A stretch of DNA of 64,000 bases from Octopus vulgaris (taxonomy: Eukaryota): positions 101,556,001-101,620,000 of the forward strand of contig OX597816.1 of the NCBI GenBank assembly GCA_951406725.2, in the 5' to 3' direction. This document shows positions 26,997 through 41,860 of the stretch, piece by piece. The notes beneath the pieces were generated by a model. That model saw nothing but the letters and a program-made list of their open reading frames with translations, made no database searches and had not been told where the DNA came from. A program made the translations under genes and the position numbers. Positions within the stretch are counted from its first letter, which is position 1. Every line of letters starts with the position of its first letter.

Positions 26997-27759
26997 CACG
27001 CACGCTCAGACTCACACACATACATAGACGTATGTACACACACATTGTATCTGGTGATCCACCGGCTTTTTGAAGCTTTGTGTTATTAAACAAAGTTAAG
27101 TTCCACAGCTGGTGCTGACATATTCTATAATAATACACCATTTGCGTACTGGGGTCGATCTAATCGACTGGTCGACTGGCCCCCTCCCCAAAAAGTTTGG
27201 GCTTTGTAACTAGAGCAGAAACGAATATTATACACACCAGTATTTTAATCTGAGACAGTTTCAAGTGTGGATATTAATTTGATTTCAGCCTGGCTAGTTT
27301 TCGTTTTAATCAGTGAATAATTTGTTTATTGATTTCTATATCGGAACAAACGCTTTGGGGTTGGCACAGAACGTCCGAGCTATTCGTTACAGAGGAGGCC
27401 AAAGCAGGTCGAAACACCATATCTTGCGATCCAATGATGTTCAGAGCAAAGCTTCGTGTCTTTGAGAAATTTTCTCTGAGATAAAATATCACAACTTGTG
27501 ATGTTCCACATTTGCATACACATTTGTATATTATAGCCTCCAGATTTACTTTAAGGCTATTTCAACAGCGTATAATAATACAAACATCAGTTTATAACAA
27601 CACACACATACACACACACACTTTTATATATATATATATATATATTATTTATATTATTATTTGATTGAACGGCACGCATCCATTTCCAAGTAAGTTTATC
27701 TTAATCTTTTTGATGCGACTCTACTCTATACTGTTTTCTCACCCATCCTTTTCTCTAAT

Positions 27760-28270
27760 TCTCTTTTTCCTCCCCTTTAGCGTTTTCTATTTATCTTCCC
27801 CTCCCCCTCTTTCCCTTTTTCTCTCCCTCGTTGCTCACACGTAACCATCGTCCATCTTTTTTTTCCTCACATGATCACCTTTCTTTTCCTTCAGAACTGT
27901 CCTAAGGACTGTAGGTGTTCTATCTCTCTCTTCTATCTTCCCTTTTATTTCAAAGAAATTATTTCTCCAGCGTTCGCTATTTTACCCTCGTTCTGGTCTA
28001 ACGACACTCCATGTTTGTTTTCGTATGGTTTCCTTGTATGTCTCCACTGTCCTGTTTTTGCCCCAACTTTGACCCTCCATAAATCCAAAATATTTTGGTA
28101 CTTATGGGAGCAACTGTCTTCGAAGACTCATATTGTGGTTTAATGCTCGAAATGAGGAGTAGATAGACAGCCGACAACTGATGAGAAGTAGATACTTGTC
28201 CTGTTTTCCATTTGTTTTTCTCTTTGTTTGCGTATTGAACTCATGTTGTTTACTGTTGGTGACGTCCTGC
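27760..28270 (+). mobile_element. Penelope-type terminal-repeat remnant with decayed hammerhead-like motifs
   Basis: CTGTC-TTCGAAGA..ATGCTC-GAAA..GACAG followed by CCGACAACTGATGAG; pyrimidine-rich flank; related pieces near 28990-29070 and 46640-46830. Confidence 0.4.
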
Positions 28271-28287
28271 ACCCATATATGCATATG

Positions 28288-28369
<82 letters not shown>

Positions 28370-28924
28370 GATGTGTGTATGGGTAAGCGTACGTACGGAT
28401 GCATATACGTCTATGTGTGTATATATATGTGTATGTAAATATATACATATATGTATATGTCTGAGTATTTGGATATGTATGTATTACGTGTAGTATGTGG
28501 TTGTATAAATATGTGTGTGTGTATATTATACGAAATATACAGTATTATATATCCATCACGGGCGACCTTACCAATCGGTTATATAATCGGATTATTACCT
28601 AACACTCCATCGTATTCCTTGCGCAAAACCGATTGGTAAGATCAGCTGTAACGGATATATAATACTGTATATTTTGGATAATACACCCACTCAATTGACA
28701 GATATACGAGTGCATCTTTTCCCTGACTTATGGACTCTTAAACGACTCACGTATATGTGTGTGGTGGGGTATTGGTGGGCGTGTGCATGTATGTATATAT
28801 ATGAATGTGTGTATGTATATATATATGTATACATGTATGTATGTGTATGCGTACATATGTATATATGTACATATATTTGTGTGTGTGTACGTACGCGTGT
28901 GCGTGAGTGTATCTGTATATACAG

Positions 28925-28987
<63 letters not shown>

Positions 28988-29074
28988 ATCCAAACATAAA
29001 CAAAGAGAAAACATAACAACGCGAGGACGTGGAACAACTATAATCTTATTGGATGCACAGGAAAGGAACATATA

Positions 29075-29503
29075 TATACATGAGCGAAACGCCCCCCACC
29101 CGTCCAATGGACGGTGCTGAGTTGTCAAACATTTATACCAAATTTTCTCACAACAACTTGTCCAACCGTCCCATAGGCCTCCCCTTTGAGAAACAGTGAT
29201 TTAACCTAAATTTGAGACACCAAACAGGCCGGCTTTTTTTGCGCAAACTGCACGTGCATTTTTCTCGCGTACGCGAAGTATCGATCGCAAAAGCTGATGT
29301 ACTTGCGCGTACAAATACACATTCCTTTGGCTTTATCGATCGCATTCTCACCTGGAATCGATTTTTGTAATTTTTCCAAGACTTATACACGCCCGGATAC
29401 CGTTGGTATCTACATATCAAATTTGAGCGCAATCGGATGGAGGATGCCCGAGATCCTAGAAGACACACAGAGAGACAGACAGAACGGATTTTATATAATA
29501 GAT
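29075..29503 (+). mobile_element. Helitron/Helentron-derived non-autonomous element
   Basis: CAAATTTGAGCGCAATCGGATG..GACAGACAGA microsatellite..TTTTATATAATAGAT terminus, typical of DINE/Lep1-like elements; 5' imperfect hairpin CACCCGTCCAATGGACGGTG. Confidence 0.6.
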
Positions 29504-29506
29504 ATG

Positions 29507-29569
<63 letters not shown>

Positions 29570-30356
29570 CTATGTGTATGTATATATGAATTTGTATATG
29601 TAAGCGTACATGAGCGTATGTATGTAAAGTAGTATGACCGTAAATTCAAATGAGTGTATGTATAGATGAGGGCATGTTTTTGTACATATGGGTGTGTATA
29701 TATGTAGATCTATATAGAACGATCTATATGCTCATGTAACTGAATGATCGGTAAATTCTTGAAGGTCAGCCAATGGCAGTTACAGTTGTAACCAACTATG
29801 AAGAATGAACTGGCAGTACAAAGAAATAGATTAGCACGCCTCTTAATATGAACCGCAATACTTATCATCCATACCATAGCCACTGTCCCACTCCATTTAC
29901 ACATTTAAAGCAGAATCATCAACAGACTTTCAGTCACAACACACATTTGGATATACTGAGAGGTTACTATTACCTTGCATAGTCAAAACAGACAGAAAAG
30001 ATGCGAACGAAGCCAAAAATTTGAGTTTACGAAACACAGAAACGATATTTATTTATCACCTAATGAAACACAACATGATCTCATAATGCAGGGAAACTGT
30101 TACATAACCAAATTCCTGCAAACCGGGAGAACTACATTACGTGGAAACAATTGTAGTGATTACAAATAAATGTTTCTCTGTACTTCTTCTTGTTGACTCC
30201 AACTTATTCAATTATGTATGTATGTATGTATGTATGTATGTATGTATGTATGTATGTATGTATGTATGTATACGCAGATATACTCACACGCCTCACTAAC
30301 ACACTACCATAATTATTCTTTTACCTGTATATCTAGTTGTATACATATTCATGCAT

Positions 30357-30445
<89 letters not shown>

Positions 30446-31519
30446 CAGATGTGTTTCAATGTACATACACACGAGTTCTTTATTATTATCATCATCATCA
30501 TCATCTTCTAGTTCTATTTCTTCTTCCTCTGTTCCTCCTCCCCCTCATCCTCATCCTTTTCTTCTCCTACTTTTCTATTTTCCTTCTCGTCGTCCTCCTC
30601 CTTTTCTTCTTCTCCTACTCCTCTTTCTTTTGTCTCTTCCATTGTCGTTGCTGCTACTTTAATCTTTTTCACATCTTGATGGCGATGATAACATGATATT
30701 AAAGAAGATTATGATTATGACGATAAAGATCACGATGATGATTACAAAACGATGATGATGACGATGATGACAAAGATAATGGTGATCATGATCATCACCA
30801 TCATCGTCGTCGTCGTCGTCATCGTTGTCATCGTTGTTGTTGTCACCATTATCTTCTTCTACATCATCATCATCAACATCATCATGCTCAGTCCCGTTCA
30901 TTATTTCGCTTCGTTGAATCACTAGAACCTCATCTTACCACACTGCCCCGAGGTAAATAATCCAGATTATTGATTGTGACCATCAATTTCTACAAAGCAA
31001 ATGAGTGAACATGTGTTATTGACACATGTGCCACAATATTTAACAATGAGACAAACTTCATAAGACTACTGCTAGAAGCTTCGAATAATATTCTTTAAAG
31101 AAACGTGGTAAAACAGATGTAAAAATATTGTTTATGTACATGCATTTTTGTTATTTATTTCTTTTATGTGTTTTTCTTTTATTGTTCTCTGCTATTTTGA
31201 TCCATTCTCGCGAACATTGTGGCATTTCATCAGAATTAGTCATCAAAATACATCCCAGGGAAGCACCAATATAAAAGATAGAGACTTGTACAATAATTTA
31301 GCTGTTGAAATTAGATATTGGAATTGTATCAGATCAGCTGGAGGAGAAAAAACAATAGAGAGGGGAAAAAATAACATTACAAAATCAATCGATAACAGCA
31401 GCACGAAAAAGAACAATAAGAACTATAACAGCAAAAATAACTATAACAAAAATAATAACATTTTTTAATATTTTTTTTTTAATACTGTGTGATATAGTTT
31501 GAAATAGTGATCCATTTAG

Positions 31520-32650
31520 AATAAATAGTAAGCTCCTGAGGTGGCTATGTCTGTCATCCGAGTTTGATTGACGGTTTCTAGTTTCTTTATGTCATTTATG
31601 CCGTCAATGTTCCAAGGAAATACATGGGCATCAGGGTTTCCTATTTTGCTCACTGCAAATTACTAAGATTTTCATACCTATTTAAAAAGTCACTAGCTAA
31701 TATCATAGCTTAAAGGGCAAAGTCCTGCTGTAACGATGTTATCAATCTGGTCTCAATTAATTACTCGAGGGATGTCATTTTATTTTGTTATTGACACCGG
31801 AATAATAAAAAATTAGAACATGACTACTACAGTTAATTATTTAAGCTCATTTATAAATTTGAAGAGATCTTCAAATGGCTATGTCGTAAAGACGCCAGAG
31901 GAGTTGATAGTTCATACTCTTTTTCCGTAGCCTGTACACTTACCTCTCAATAACTGGTTCAACCAGTTGTAAATAAAACAAAATCGTTGTTTGCACAGTG
32001 TACAGCGAGATATGAAACGATGATTTTCATATTTATTCTTAATATGTTCCAGCAGATTCGAAACGCTTCTGTGTTGGTCATAGGAGAGCAACTTCTCGAA
32101 CTCATTGTCATTGTAGAAAGAAATTATTTTCCTGTGACGAATACAACAGCGACAAGTATATTTGCGTTCGTATCTGCCAGAATGTATTGAGAATAAATAC
32201 GCAGGTCATCGTTAGCTGTAAATAGATAACACATAACAGTAGAGTTTGCTACTGTGAATATCGTCAGTGAATATCGTTAGTAAAAACTAACAGCTACTCA
32301 ACTCGTAAAAACAGCTTGAAGATTTGGTTCCACTGGGCAATGTCGTCATAAATAATGCGAAGATTTCTCCAGTGAAGCCACTAAGTTTACAGAAATCATG
32401 TATCAGAAATCATTACTAGAGATTTATTAAAGGGTTGCTTATTATAACTCCAAATTGAGTAGCGAGATTTTCTCATCTCTTTAATGCTTTAAAACAAATT
32501 ATACAATTCTCCCACTCTTTCATACGATAGGTCATCTAGTCAATTACAGACTATATTGTCATTCTGTACTGGTCAATCTCCTCTTTTCATTTTTTCACAA
32601 TAATTTCACCATCCCATTAAATGGAAAACGAGCTTTTGAATAATGATCTT
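31520..32650 (-). pseudogene. Possible very old hAT transposase remnant
   Basis: Only scattered resemblance (for example NDNEFEKLL on the minus strand); many stops. Confidence 0.25.
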
Positions 32651-33532
32651 ACATAGAGAGATAAGTTGATTTGAAACCCAAATGTTTAAACGCACAAACA
32701 TTCCAATTTTCAGTAACTGCATTTTATTTTTCTATCAATAGAAAACTTTTCTTTTGATGACTTAAATGTCATCAATAATATGACAGCCATTCCTTAATTT
32801 CTGATTGGTTCAGACCAACCTTCCACAGCTACTATAATTTGCGTAATTGCATTGGCCAAAGGTCACTTCCTCCTACACTATGTTATATATATGGTTCATC
32901 CTATCTAATTCATGTTGACGTTTCAATTTGCATGTATGATAGCATAAGATTTAGACGTCAGCAACGACTGTAAAATCTACCCTATTCAACTCTTAGCGCT
33001 GCCATCGATACCAGCATCACCACAAACTCCATCATCACCTTCATCTTTATCATTACTCTGATCATCAACCCACGTGGCAAACTAAATTAAACGTCAAGAT
33101 AATAAGGTTTCTGCTGCACATTTATAAATTCGAAACATGCATAACGGGATTAAATATTTAAAAAGAGCCGACATCACCACCACTATCACTAACATTACAA
33201 TCGTAGACAGCAGTCCCACGACCTCTAACTGCATCAACACCAGTATCAAGTCTACACCACCAACATCACCGCCACCGACAACACTAACATGAGTAACACT
33301 ACCTCTAACGCTGTTAATACTACTTTCAACACTATTACAACTAGCGTTGATACCATGTACAGTGACGCACTACTACTACTACTACTACTACTACCACTAC
33401 TGCTGCTGCTGCTACTACTACTACTACTACTACTAGCATTACCACCATAACTACAAAGCTACCACCAGCAGCGCCGCTTCAAAAGCAAAATCATCACTAG
33501 CTGCTTATTATCAATGTTCTTCTTGTCTCCAT

Positions 33533-33665
33533 CATGATGATGATGATGATGATAATTATGGGGGGAGGAGAGGGCGGTGGCGGTGGTGGTGGTGACGACG
33601 ACGACTACAACGACGATGATGATGACGACGACGACAACGACGACGATGATGACGATGACGATGAC

Positions 33666-33700
<35 letters not shown>

Positions 33701-33713
33701 CGACGACGACGAC

Positions 33714-33753
<40 letters not shown>

Positions 33754-33765
33754 GCGATGGTGATA
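33533..33765 (+). repeat. (GAT)n/(GAC)n/(GGT)n compound microsatellite
   Basis: Directly visible. Confidence 0.95.
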
Positions 33766-33994
33766 AAGTCATTACCGTCAAGCTGAATACCCTGAAAACC
33801 ACTAGCATCAAAATAATCGTCAATTTCACCTTATCCATCATCACTATTATCTCTATGATCATGAACGGCATAGATAACAATGAAATGTAAAGAAAAAAGA
33901 GCCCCAATTGTTTTAGGATTCCACCCCTAGTCGTCGAAGAAACTACCTAAGTTCTAGATCATTCTATTGCATCATTAAAAGTACCCCTTTCTCA

Positions 33995-35705
33995 GTTTCT
34001 TAATAAGAAAAGGGCCCATTCAGCCATGTCAATCTCATACAAAAGAAGGCAGCACTTTGATCACCACCCCCAACTTGAAATAAAATTAATAAGAGTTTGG
34101 CCAGAGAGGAAAAGTTACACTTCAGCTTTCCACACATAATATCCTTCAGCTTAACCACTAGGCAGATGAAAACCAGCCGCTTTTCCTTACAAAAGAAAGG
34201 CAGTGAAGCGATCTTAATAAACTCAACTGACAGCTGCGTCCGATCTAAACTTGTCAGTATATGTTCAACGCTTGTCCATAGACTTGCATGCACAGATACT
34301 TCAGCTGAAGGAATACCTGTAGGTTGGTTTCGTTGGCATGCGAGCAGCTCGTGCAAGTTTCGTTTTTCGAGCTCCCATGCTTGTGGAACTTCTCCCGAAC
34401 AGGTAATACTTGTAAGATCTCCAGGCCAAGGGCTTTTAAGAGCTTTCATTATTTCCAATCTGAAAGCTCTCAAGAAAAGACTGATTAAACCAATATTGTT
34501 TTCATGCCATTGCTTCTCACACCCTCCACCGATTGATATAAAACGTGTCGCATGAAAAGCAACCACACGTGTTCTTTGTCATCTTCACTACCTCACTGCA
34601 CACGTGCGCTTCATCAGCAATGGCACCTCGAGAGTGAAATCCCAACCAATAGAAGAAGTCAAAAAAATATGTGCTATAATCTGGTTAGATTCTTCATAGG
34701 ACATACTTCATAGAACATTTTCCTGCGATAACGTCATCTCAAGCTATTTCTGGTGAATCCAACCACCCTGCTTACGACTACTTTCCAGCTCTTTCTCCAC
34801 CAACAGGCTCGATCCCAACCAAACACTGAGTTCCTTAACCAGACTCTCAGTGCAATAACAGAAACTGTCGCTGGGCGACATTGATTTTCTCCTCCTGGTG
34901 CCGAATTACAAGTCCACCTACTTGCATACTGCGTACCCCCTGCTCTCTCATGGCACGGTGCCAGCCGATTCGATTTTCGAAGTGTCCGGTGCAGAAAACA
35001 ATGAGAAAACCATATGAAGCACCGTATACAGTGACGAAACCTAGGTAAAGCTCTCCCTATGTCTGATTTCAAGCGCAATGTGCCTCAAGATCTCCAACCT
35101 CCGCAATAATGGTTCCGAGACTAAAACATACGGAAGAGAGAAGAGAAAGTATCCTTGAGAGATTGATTGTGTAATACGAAACCATTCCGAGAGGTGGTTG
35201 TTTAATTTGGGTATTGCATAGATGCCATTGCAGATCGTGATGATCTAGCCTCTCGAAACCGGCTGCTTTTAGGATAGCTACCAATGTCGAAAGCCTTAGA
35301 TTGGTTTAATTTTGTCCCCACAGAAACCGGTTCTATTTCAGGCACACTCTATGATGTACTGCATGAGGTGGAGATTGTTTTGGATAGATCTATCGGGGAT
35401 CGCCCAAGTTTAATGTCTCCGTCTACACTACCAGCGACAAGCACCAGCCACTTTATAACCACCTATGCCACAATTTTCAAATCTGTGTCTAGCAGAGTTA
35501 TGAACCCGAAGTTTCTTGTTGTGTTCCCTTTGTTCGGGTCTTTATTTAACAACATCATTACACACTGCAAAGAAAATTGGGAATGCTTCCAGTCGCTGTT
35601 AGCTGAAGTAAAAAGCTGCCAAGACAGCAGTGAACATGTCTGACATTTAGAAATAAAGCTGGAAGGGCAGACCACCCTGCCTCAGCAATTTGTCCCTCGT
35701 AGAAC
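33995..35705 (-). pseudogene. Tx1/L1-like LINE ORF2 remnant, rearranged
   Basis: GGLPFQLY..LLNKDPNKG..NFGFITLLDTDLKIVA..RSIQNNLHLMQYII..LNQSKAFD correspond to early RT motifs (DGLP, RPITLLNxDxKI, GRxIxxN, DxxKAFD). Confidence 0.7.
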
Positions 35706-35737
35706 AGCTTAATCCTGCTGCTGTTGTTGATGTTGTT

Positions 35738-35840
35738 CATCATCATCATCATCATCTTCTTCTTCTTCTTCTTCTTCTTCTTCTTCTTCTTCTTCTTCTT
35801 CTTCTTCTTCTTCTTCTTCTTCTTGCTGCTGCTGCTGTTG
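35738..35840 (+). repeat. (CAT)n-(CTT)n-(GCT)n compound microsatellite
   Basis: Directly visible. Confidence 0.95.
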
Positions 35841-36751
35841 TTGCAGCTGCTTTTGTTACTGCAGCTGCTGTTATAACTGCCACTGATGTCGTGATTGCTG
35901 TACTAGAAATGTATATAGCAGCTTGTGGTGCTCATCTTTCGCCCTCCCAACGGTGAAACTGCACGTTCTGTAATGGCTTGTTTTACTCTATGTGTAACAC
36001 CTCGCTTTTAAATCCTCGACAACCGCCTGCATCGGCTCACACTCTTCAAAAGAAAAATAATCGAGGATGTCAGAAGGATGTTTTGGTGCAACTAATGTAT
36101 TTAATACCCGTTATATTTCCATTCGGTTCAGCCAGATAGGTTGTGACTTGAACTCAATTATTTTCCTTTATTCTGTCATCATTGCCTTAATTCTGATCTG
36201 TTTTATGTGAAGGCGGCACGCTGATGATCCTGAGTTCGGTCACTCCGACGCCTACGAGGTAGTCGCACTTATTCAATATCTCATATGAAGCTACATATGA
36301 TGGCCATCATTTTCTGTTGTTTTCCTCTGGACATGTAAACTGCAGCAGACCACACTTCTTTCGGGTATTTTTCCTTTTGTACTGGAGTCCGGAATTGCAG
36401 GTTTCTGGTCTCTATGATTTAATCACTTACAGTGAATGATCGTATTAGAGTGAACGACAGTAAGCACCGCCAATTCACGGCGTACAAAACTCCATAATAT
36501 TTATAACGATTTCTGACATTGTCTCATTGCACGAATAAAAGATAAAGTCCTCCTAGCCGTTTTGCTGAGTTTGTTGTTGTTATTATACTTGCTGCTGCTG
36601 CCGCCACCGCTGGACGCCGGAATTATTTTCATCCCCATGAAAAGACATAGAAACCAAAAACTGTCGCTGCCCGGCGGCTGCAACATTGTTTACTGTCAAG
36701 TTGAATGCTATCAAACGGCTTTCCTATCGTCGTTGCGTGCATAGTCGCCTC

Positions 36752-36796
<45 letters not shown>

Positions 36797-37894
36797 TTCA
36801 TCAACGAAGATAGGAAGCATTATGGTGGCAGTCTTGAAATCCAAGTTTTTGGGAGTTTTTTTTTTTTATTTCAAAAAATTAGATTTTAACAAAAGCAGAT
36901 TTTAGCAAGAGTACGAGCCCGAGCATGCCCATCAAATAAACTACTAAATCTCAGTAGTATCTGTCAGTTTCTCAACAAAACTGGCCAAAGAAAATAAACT
37001 AAATGGATCCCTTTTAGGGAAAAGCAACTGAGGATGTACGAAACTACAAGTACAAAATCCTGTGGTGATCGGGTCAGATACCAGTGATGATAACACCAAC
37101 AGCAAGAATAGTAATGATAATGATGCTTTCAAAATTTGGCACTAAGCTAACAACTTCAGGAGAGGGGTTAAGTTGATTATATTGACCATGGTGATGAACT
37201 GGTACTTATTTTATCGACCCCGAAAGAATGAAAGCTAACACTGACCTCGGCAAAATATTTATATTAACAGTGCAATATACATCGTCTCTTTTCTCTTTTT
37301 TTCACCTGACACATTTAACAGACATGTTAAACAGGAATTGGATCAGATGCTAAAGCTATAGAAGAACAATTATCCATATTTTATTTAAGGACGACCTAAA
37401 GTTGTACACTGCAGCTGAGAAACAACTGCCTCCTTCAGTAAGCAGGACAGATATTTACTCGAGGAACTGATATCAGATTTGGATCAGAAAAATATGCCAA
37501 GGCAACCTTTTAGAGGAAAATTATGGGCATTCATACCATGCTAGCTAAAGAACATGGATAAGAGAATTAAATCAAACACTAAGAGTCAATAAATTAGACT
37601 AAGTATAACGCGAAAAAACTAAATGAAAGATTAAAAATGGATATTATTTTAGCCTGAGATTAATACTTGGAACATAGCTTGTTTTTCTTTTTTTTTTTGC
37701 GCTTTTCACTCATTGAATTGTAGTCATGCAGGGGCACCACCTTGAAGGTTCTAGTTTTAAAAAATGGACCCTATTACTTAGTTTTTTGAGTCTGGTACCT
37801 ATTCCATCGATCTCTTTTGCCGAACAGCAAAATTATGGAGAAGTAAAGAAGCCAACGCCGGTTATAAAGTAGAACGGTCACAAAGACAAACACA

Positions 37895-38040
37895 CACGCT
37901 TATATATATACGTCGGGCTTTCACATAGTTTCTGTCAACCAAATTCACCCACCAGATATTCGTCAGCCCGGGGCTATAATAGAATACACCTGCCCAAGGT
38001 GTTGTGCAAGGACTGAACCCGAAACCATGAGGCTGCAAAA
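37895..38040 (-). mobile_element. CORE-like tRNA SINE, family E
   Basis: Reverse complement aligns with 51172-51336 (CACCTTGGGCAGGTGT..TATAGCCCCGGGC..TTTGGTTGACAGAAACT..CCCGACGTATA). Confidence 0.7.
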
Positions 38041-38547
38041 GCTAATAGATATCAATACTCTAACTGTAATAGTAATGCTGTTGAATATTCTCAATTGGGA
38101 GCTAACTGAGCAACAATACTAGTCGGAAAAAGAAATCAAGAAAAGTATTAACTACGTTTAGAATACAACATACGAAATCTGATCCAAAAGTATTATATTT
38201 AGCACGAATGCAGAGAAATAGGGACTGTATGCAACTAGAAAACCACTATAAGATATCTGCTTAGGACTAAAATAATATAATTCTGAATATTAGAAAATAA
38301 ATACAAATATGTACAATACATGATCAAAAGAGAAAACAAAACTGTTTGCTGATTTCAAAGAAACCAACCAACAAATAAAAATGATAGAGGAAAGGAGCGA
38401 CAAAAACAGAATTTGTGAAAAGTTTAAAAACAAATCTAAAAATGAGGGTACAGAGTACCTCGTTGATCAATGTCAAGAAAAGCTCCTACAAGGCCATTAC
38501 CTGGAAAAGGTGAACGGTGTGCAAATCTATATATATAAAGCTGAAGT

Positions 38548-38589
<42 letters not shown>

Positions 38590-38592
<3 letters not shown>

Positions 38593-38957
38593 CAGGTTTG
38601 GTAGCCTTCAACTAACACTATCTCCTCCGATACCCTGCGGTGCAAGTTGACCAAAATTGAGAGTGTGATGGAAGAAGGCTTGCTCTTCAATCAGTAGAAG
38701 AAAAAATTCAAATCGGACCATGTTAAGACCAAAAATTATTTACATCAAAAAGGTGCTTTTTTTTTCTATGAAAATCCCTATTTTTTACGAATTTTTGACA
38801 GCGGTGTCGCCATTTTTCGGTGTATTTAAACCAGAAAAATGTTCACTTAAAGAGAATAACAAGCTACATAATGCAAAAGTTTTACTTTTCAAAAATTCCA
38901 ATTCTAAAGGGTCGAAAGTAAACAAACCCGAGCAACGCCGGGCTATACTGCTAGTAT
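38590..38957 (-). mobile_element. Helentron/Helitron-type non-autonomous element, 5' part
   Basis: Minus strand starts TATACTAGCAGTATAGCCCGGCGTTGCTCGGGTTT (ACTAG plus subterminal GC hairpin). Confidence 0.6.
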
Positions 38958-41479
38958 ACAAATAAGATGAGAAACGCAGAACTCTATGACTGACATTGAA
39001 GGGGACTTGCTTATCACAGAGTCAAAGTTTTACCACCAGAAATAATCAAAAGCATGCAATAAAGCTGAACACATTAGGTAACTGTATAATATGCGGCGAC
39101 TAGGAAGAAACAATTGACAACGTTATCTCTAACGATCCAGTCTTAACCAACAAAGAATATATCTACATGTACGACAAAGCTGAGGTAATCGTACATTGGA
39201 AGTTATGCCAGCATTAAGAAGTATCGACAGAAAAGAAGTAGCATAAACACACCCCAGAAAATGTCTGAGTATAACAAAGCGACTATACTCAGGCACTATG
39301 TATAACAGAGTATAACAAAGCGGCTATATTCAATCCACATAGATGAGGAACCCAAGATTAAAAAGGTAGATATCGTTATCAAGATTTACCTTCTAATCGA
39401 AGTGTCAGTCCAAGCAGATAATATTTTATCTCTAAATAAAATGAGGAAATCTTCCACCTATAAAGATCTGAGTATAAAATTAACCTGAACTTCATAACTG
39501 AAAACACAAACAATCTCTATAATAATAGCTACCTTGAGAATGATCAAAAACACGCCGACAATAAATAAGCAAAACCTCAAGACTTAAAAATATGCACAAC
39601 ATATAGAAAATAGCAATTTTAGGCAAGCAGTACACACTTATTACGCAGAATACTGTCAATAGAAAATACTGCACATTCCTAAATTAAAAAATAACCATAC
39701 AACCATATATAATTTGATAGTGTTGATTAACAGAAGGAAGTACATGTAAATTAAACAGTTTCCTTGCAGGAAAAGTAATTGTGTCGTTTAGAGATAATCA
39801 ATCAATGAAAAGCTAACTTTCTCATCATAAACACCTTCCAGAGTATTGTTGTTCAAATAAATAGTATACTGTAGAAATAACCAGAAGTATTATAAAACAT
39901 GTAATAAATTGTCACTGACACGAAAATTTCTATATAACTATGCATTGCTCCAGTTGCTGATGCGATTATTGCTGCTGTTACCCTGCAGTCAGTTATGGTC
40001 GAAGTTATGATCAAAAGCATTCTAATCATAATTATCCTATTTTTTTAAAGAGCACAGTGTATCGAGAACAAACATTATCTAGTGCGTTCCGTCTTTTTAA
40101 GAGAGTGGGCTTATTTTTTGCTGGTCGAGTGACAACGCAAAGCTGCTTTCATTTTCTCCACAGTGCACTTTGTTATTATTGTCTTGCTTGGAGTGGTTTC
40201 AATATTTTCATGCTTCAAGTATATATTAGCTCAAACTTCAAAGGAGAAAACTTATTCAAATATTCCTTTGATTTGTTTCATCCGTAGAACTTTACTCCTT
40301 CCATCTGGTGCTCGGGAGTAGGAACATTGCCAGGCTGTTGACGCTATTTCTGTTGCCGTTGTATATTTTGTCGTTGTTCACAAACATGTTTGGTGGCCTT
40401 TCTACAGATAATACTGTGGCTAATTATTTCTTTTATATATTGGCAACTTACACTACTTTTGCAACTTTATAAACGGATGTAGTGCTAGATGTTGGTGGTA
40501 GTGGTGCTTAAACTAGGTCTATCTTGAATCAATAGACTTATACGTAGTTCGTTAACTTCCTGGGCAATGCTTGTAACAATCCAAAGGCAACTAACTATAA
40601 AATGAAGGTGTGAAGCTATATCGCAAGCAACTTGATAAATATTTTGCAAGAAATTTATCTCGGAAATAACGGAAAGCTTACATGAAATTATTCATGCAAC
40701 ACTTGCAACATACCAGTAACTTCCTAAGCTCCATTTAAATCTGACTTGCAATTCTTTTTGTTATCTATGTCACACGAAAATCTAACTGAAAATTTATGAG
40801 TAATTTTATTAAGTTGTCAACAGGTAATTGAACTGGAAAGTTTTTTCGAGGCAATTTCACAGGCAATTTCACAGGCAATTTCACCGACGATTTCAGAAAA
40901 CTACTAATACTTAGTGAGGTAGTTAAATTAAGTCGTTAGGGCAGGGAAGGAAGCCAAGATGGGAAGAAGGCGAGATATAAGGAAATATAATACAGAACCT
41001 TGCCAACAGAGAGATATTTTGGGGATAAACGTTCTGAAAATAAATTTATACCAGCACCACCTCTTTTGCTACTGAGTGTCACCACCTACCACCATTACGT
41101 ACGAAATATTACTACTACTACCACTATCATCAACCGCCAACGTTAGCAACAGCAACTCTAACAGTACTACCACAATCAACACCACTACCATCACTACCAC
41201 GTCTGCCAAAACCTAATAACAACAACTACACCACTATTGCAATCTGAAGTTGCAGCAAAAACACTAACACCCAGCATGAGGGTATCTTCATCAGAGTCAC
41301 TCGACTTAATAGAAATAATAGCCAAATCTCCCTTAAATCATACACTATCGTCTTATAAAAGAACGCATTCAAGAAAAAAAATGGTATAGTCAAGCCTGAA
41401 ATGGCTTTTCATTATAGGTCTGTCTGCTTTATCAGGGTTAAACTGGGGCTAAATAATAACAATCATAGAAGAATGTTTC

Positions 41480-41860
41480 TGCCAGTTAAGAAGGTTGTAC
41501 TGGTGATCACTAAGGTGGGGGACAGATTTATGATGCCGGGGAGGGTAGTTGTTAATGATTGTCTCTATATCGTTTGAGAGCGATAGGTCGATTGTTGCCA
41601 AAGGTCGGAGAGTTTGCTATCCTTAGATATAGGACAAATTCTAACGAGTTTCAAAAGATTGGAATATATCCCTATAGAAAGAGATATTGAGGAGTCCGAT
41701 GAGGACAGAAGCTAACTCTGAAGTTCATTGATTGGATATAGTGACCGAGACAGTGTCAGAGTCAGATAATTTTGGAGGAGATTTATTTTTGTTCGTGCAG
41801 TATGGAGTTAGATGCATAGAGAGCAGCTAATGCTGAAGTTCTCTGTACAATATCAACGTA
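41480..41860 (-). pseudogene. Possible APE-endonuclease remnant of a LINE
   Basis: Minus strand RPLATIDLSLSND..PHLSDHQ resembles the APE C-terminal TIDL..SDH motif. Confidence 0.35.

Larger units (their letters stand above)
37300..39680 (+). pseudogene. Heavily decayed R4/Dong-clade LINE interrupted by younger insertions
   Basis: HILFKDDLKLY (RT YxDD motif) near 37375-37410; CG..EETIDNVIS, HWKLCQH, YKDL, IIIATL, IAILG near 39090-39630; split by SINE (37695-38040) and Helentron-type element (38590-38957). Confidence 0.7.

Noticed and set aside
34000-34566. 188-aa and 152-aa overlapping ORFs as a host gene
   Set aside because: They lie within the Tx1/L1-like remnant; no splice or domain evidence for a host exon
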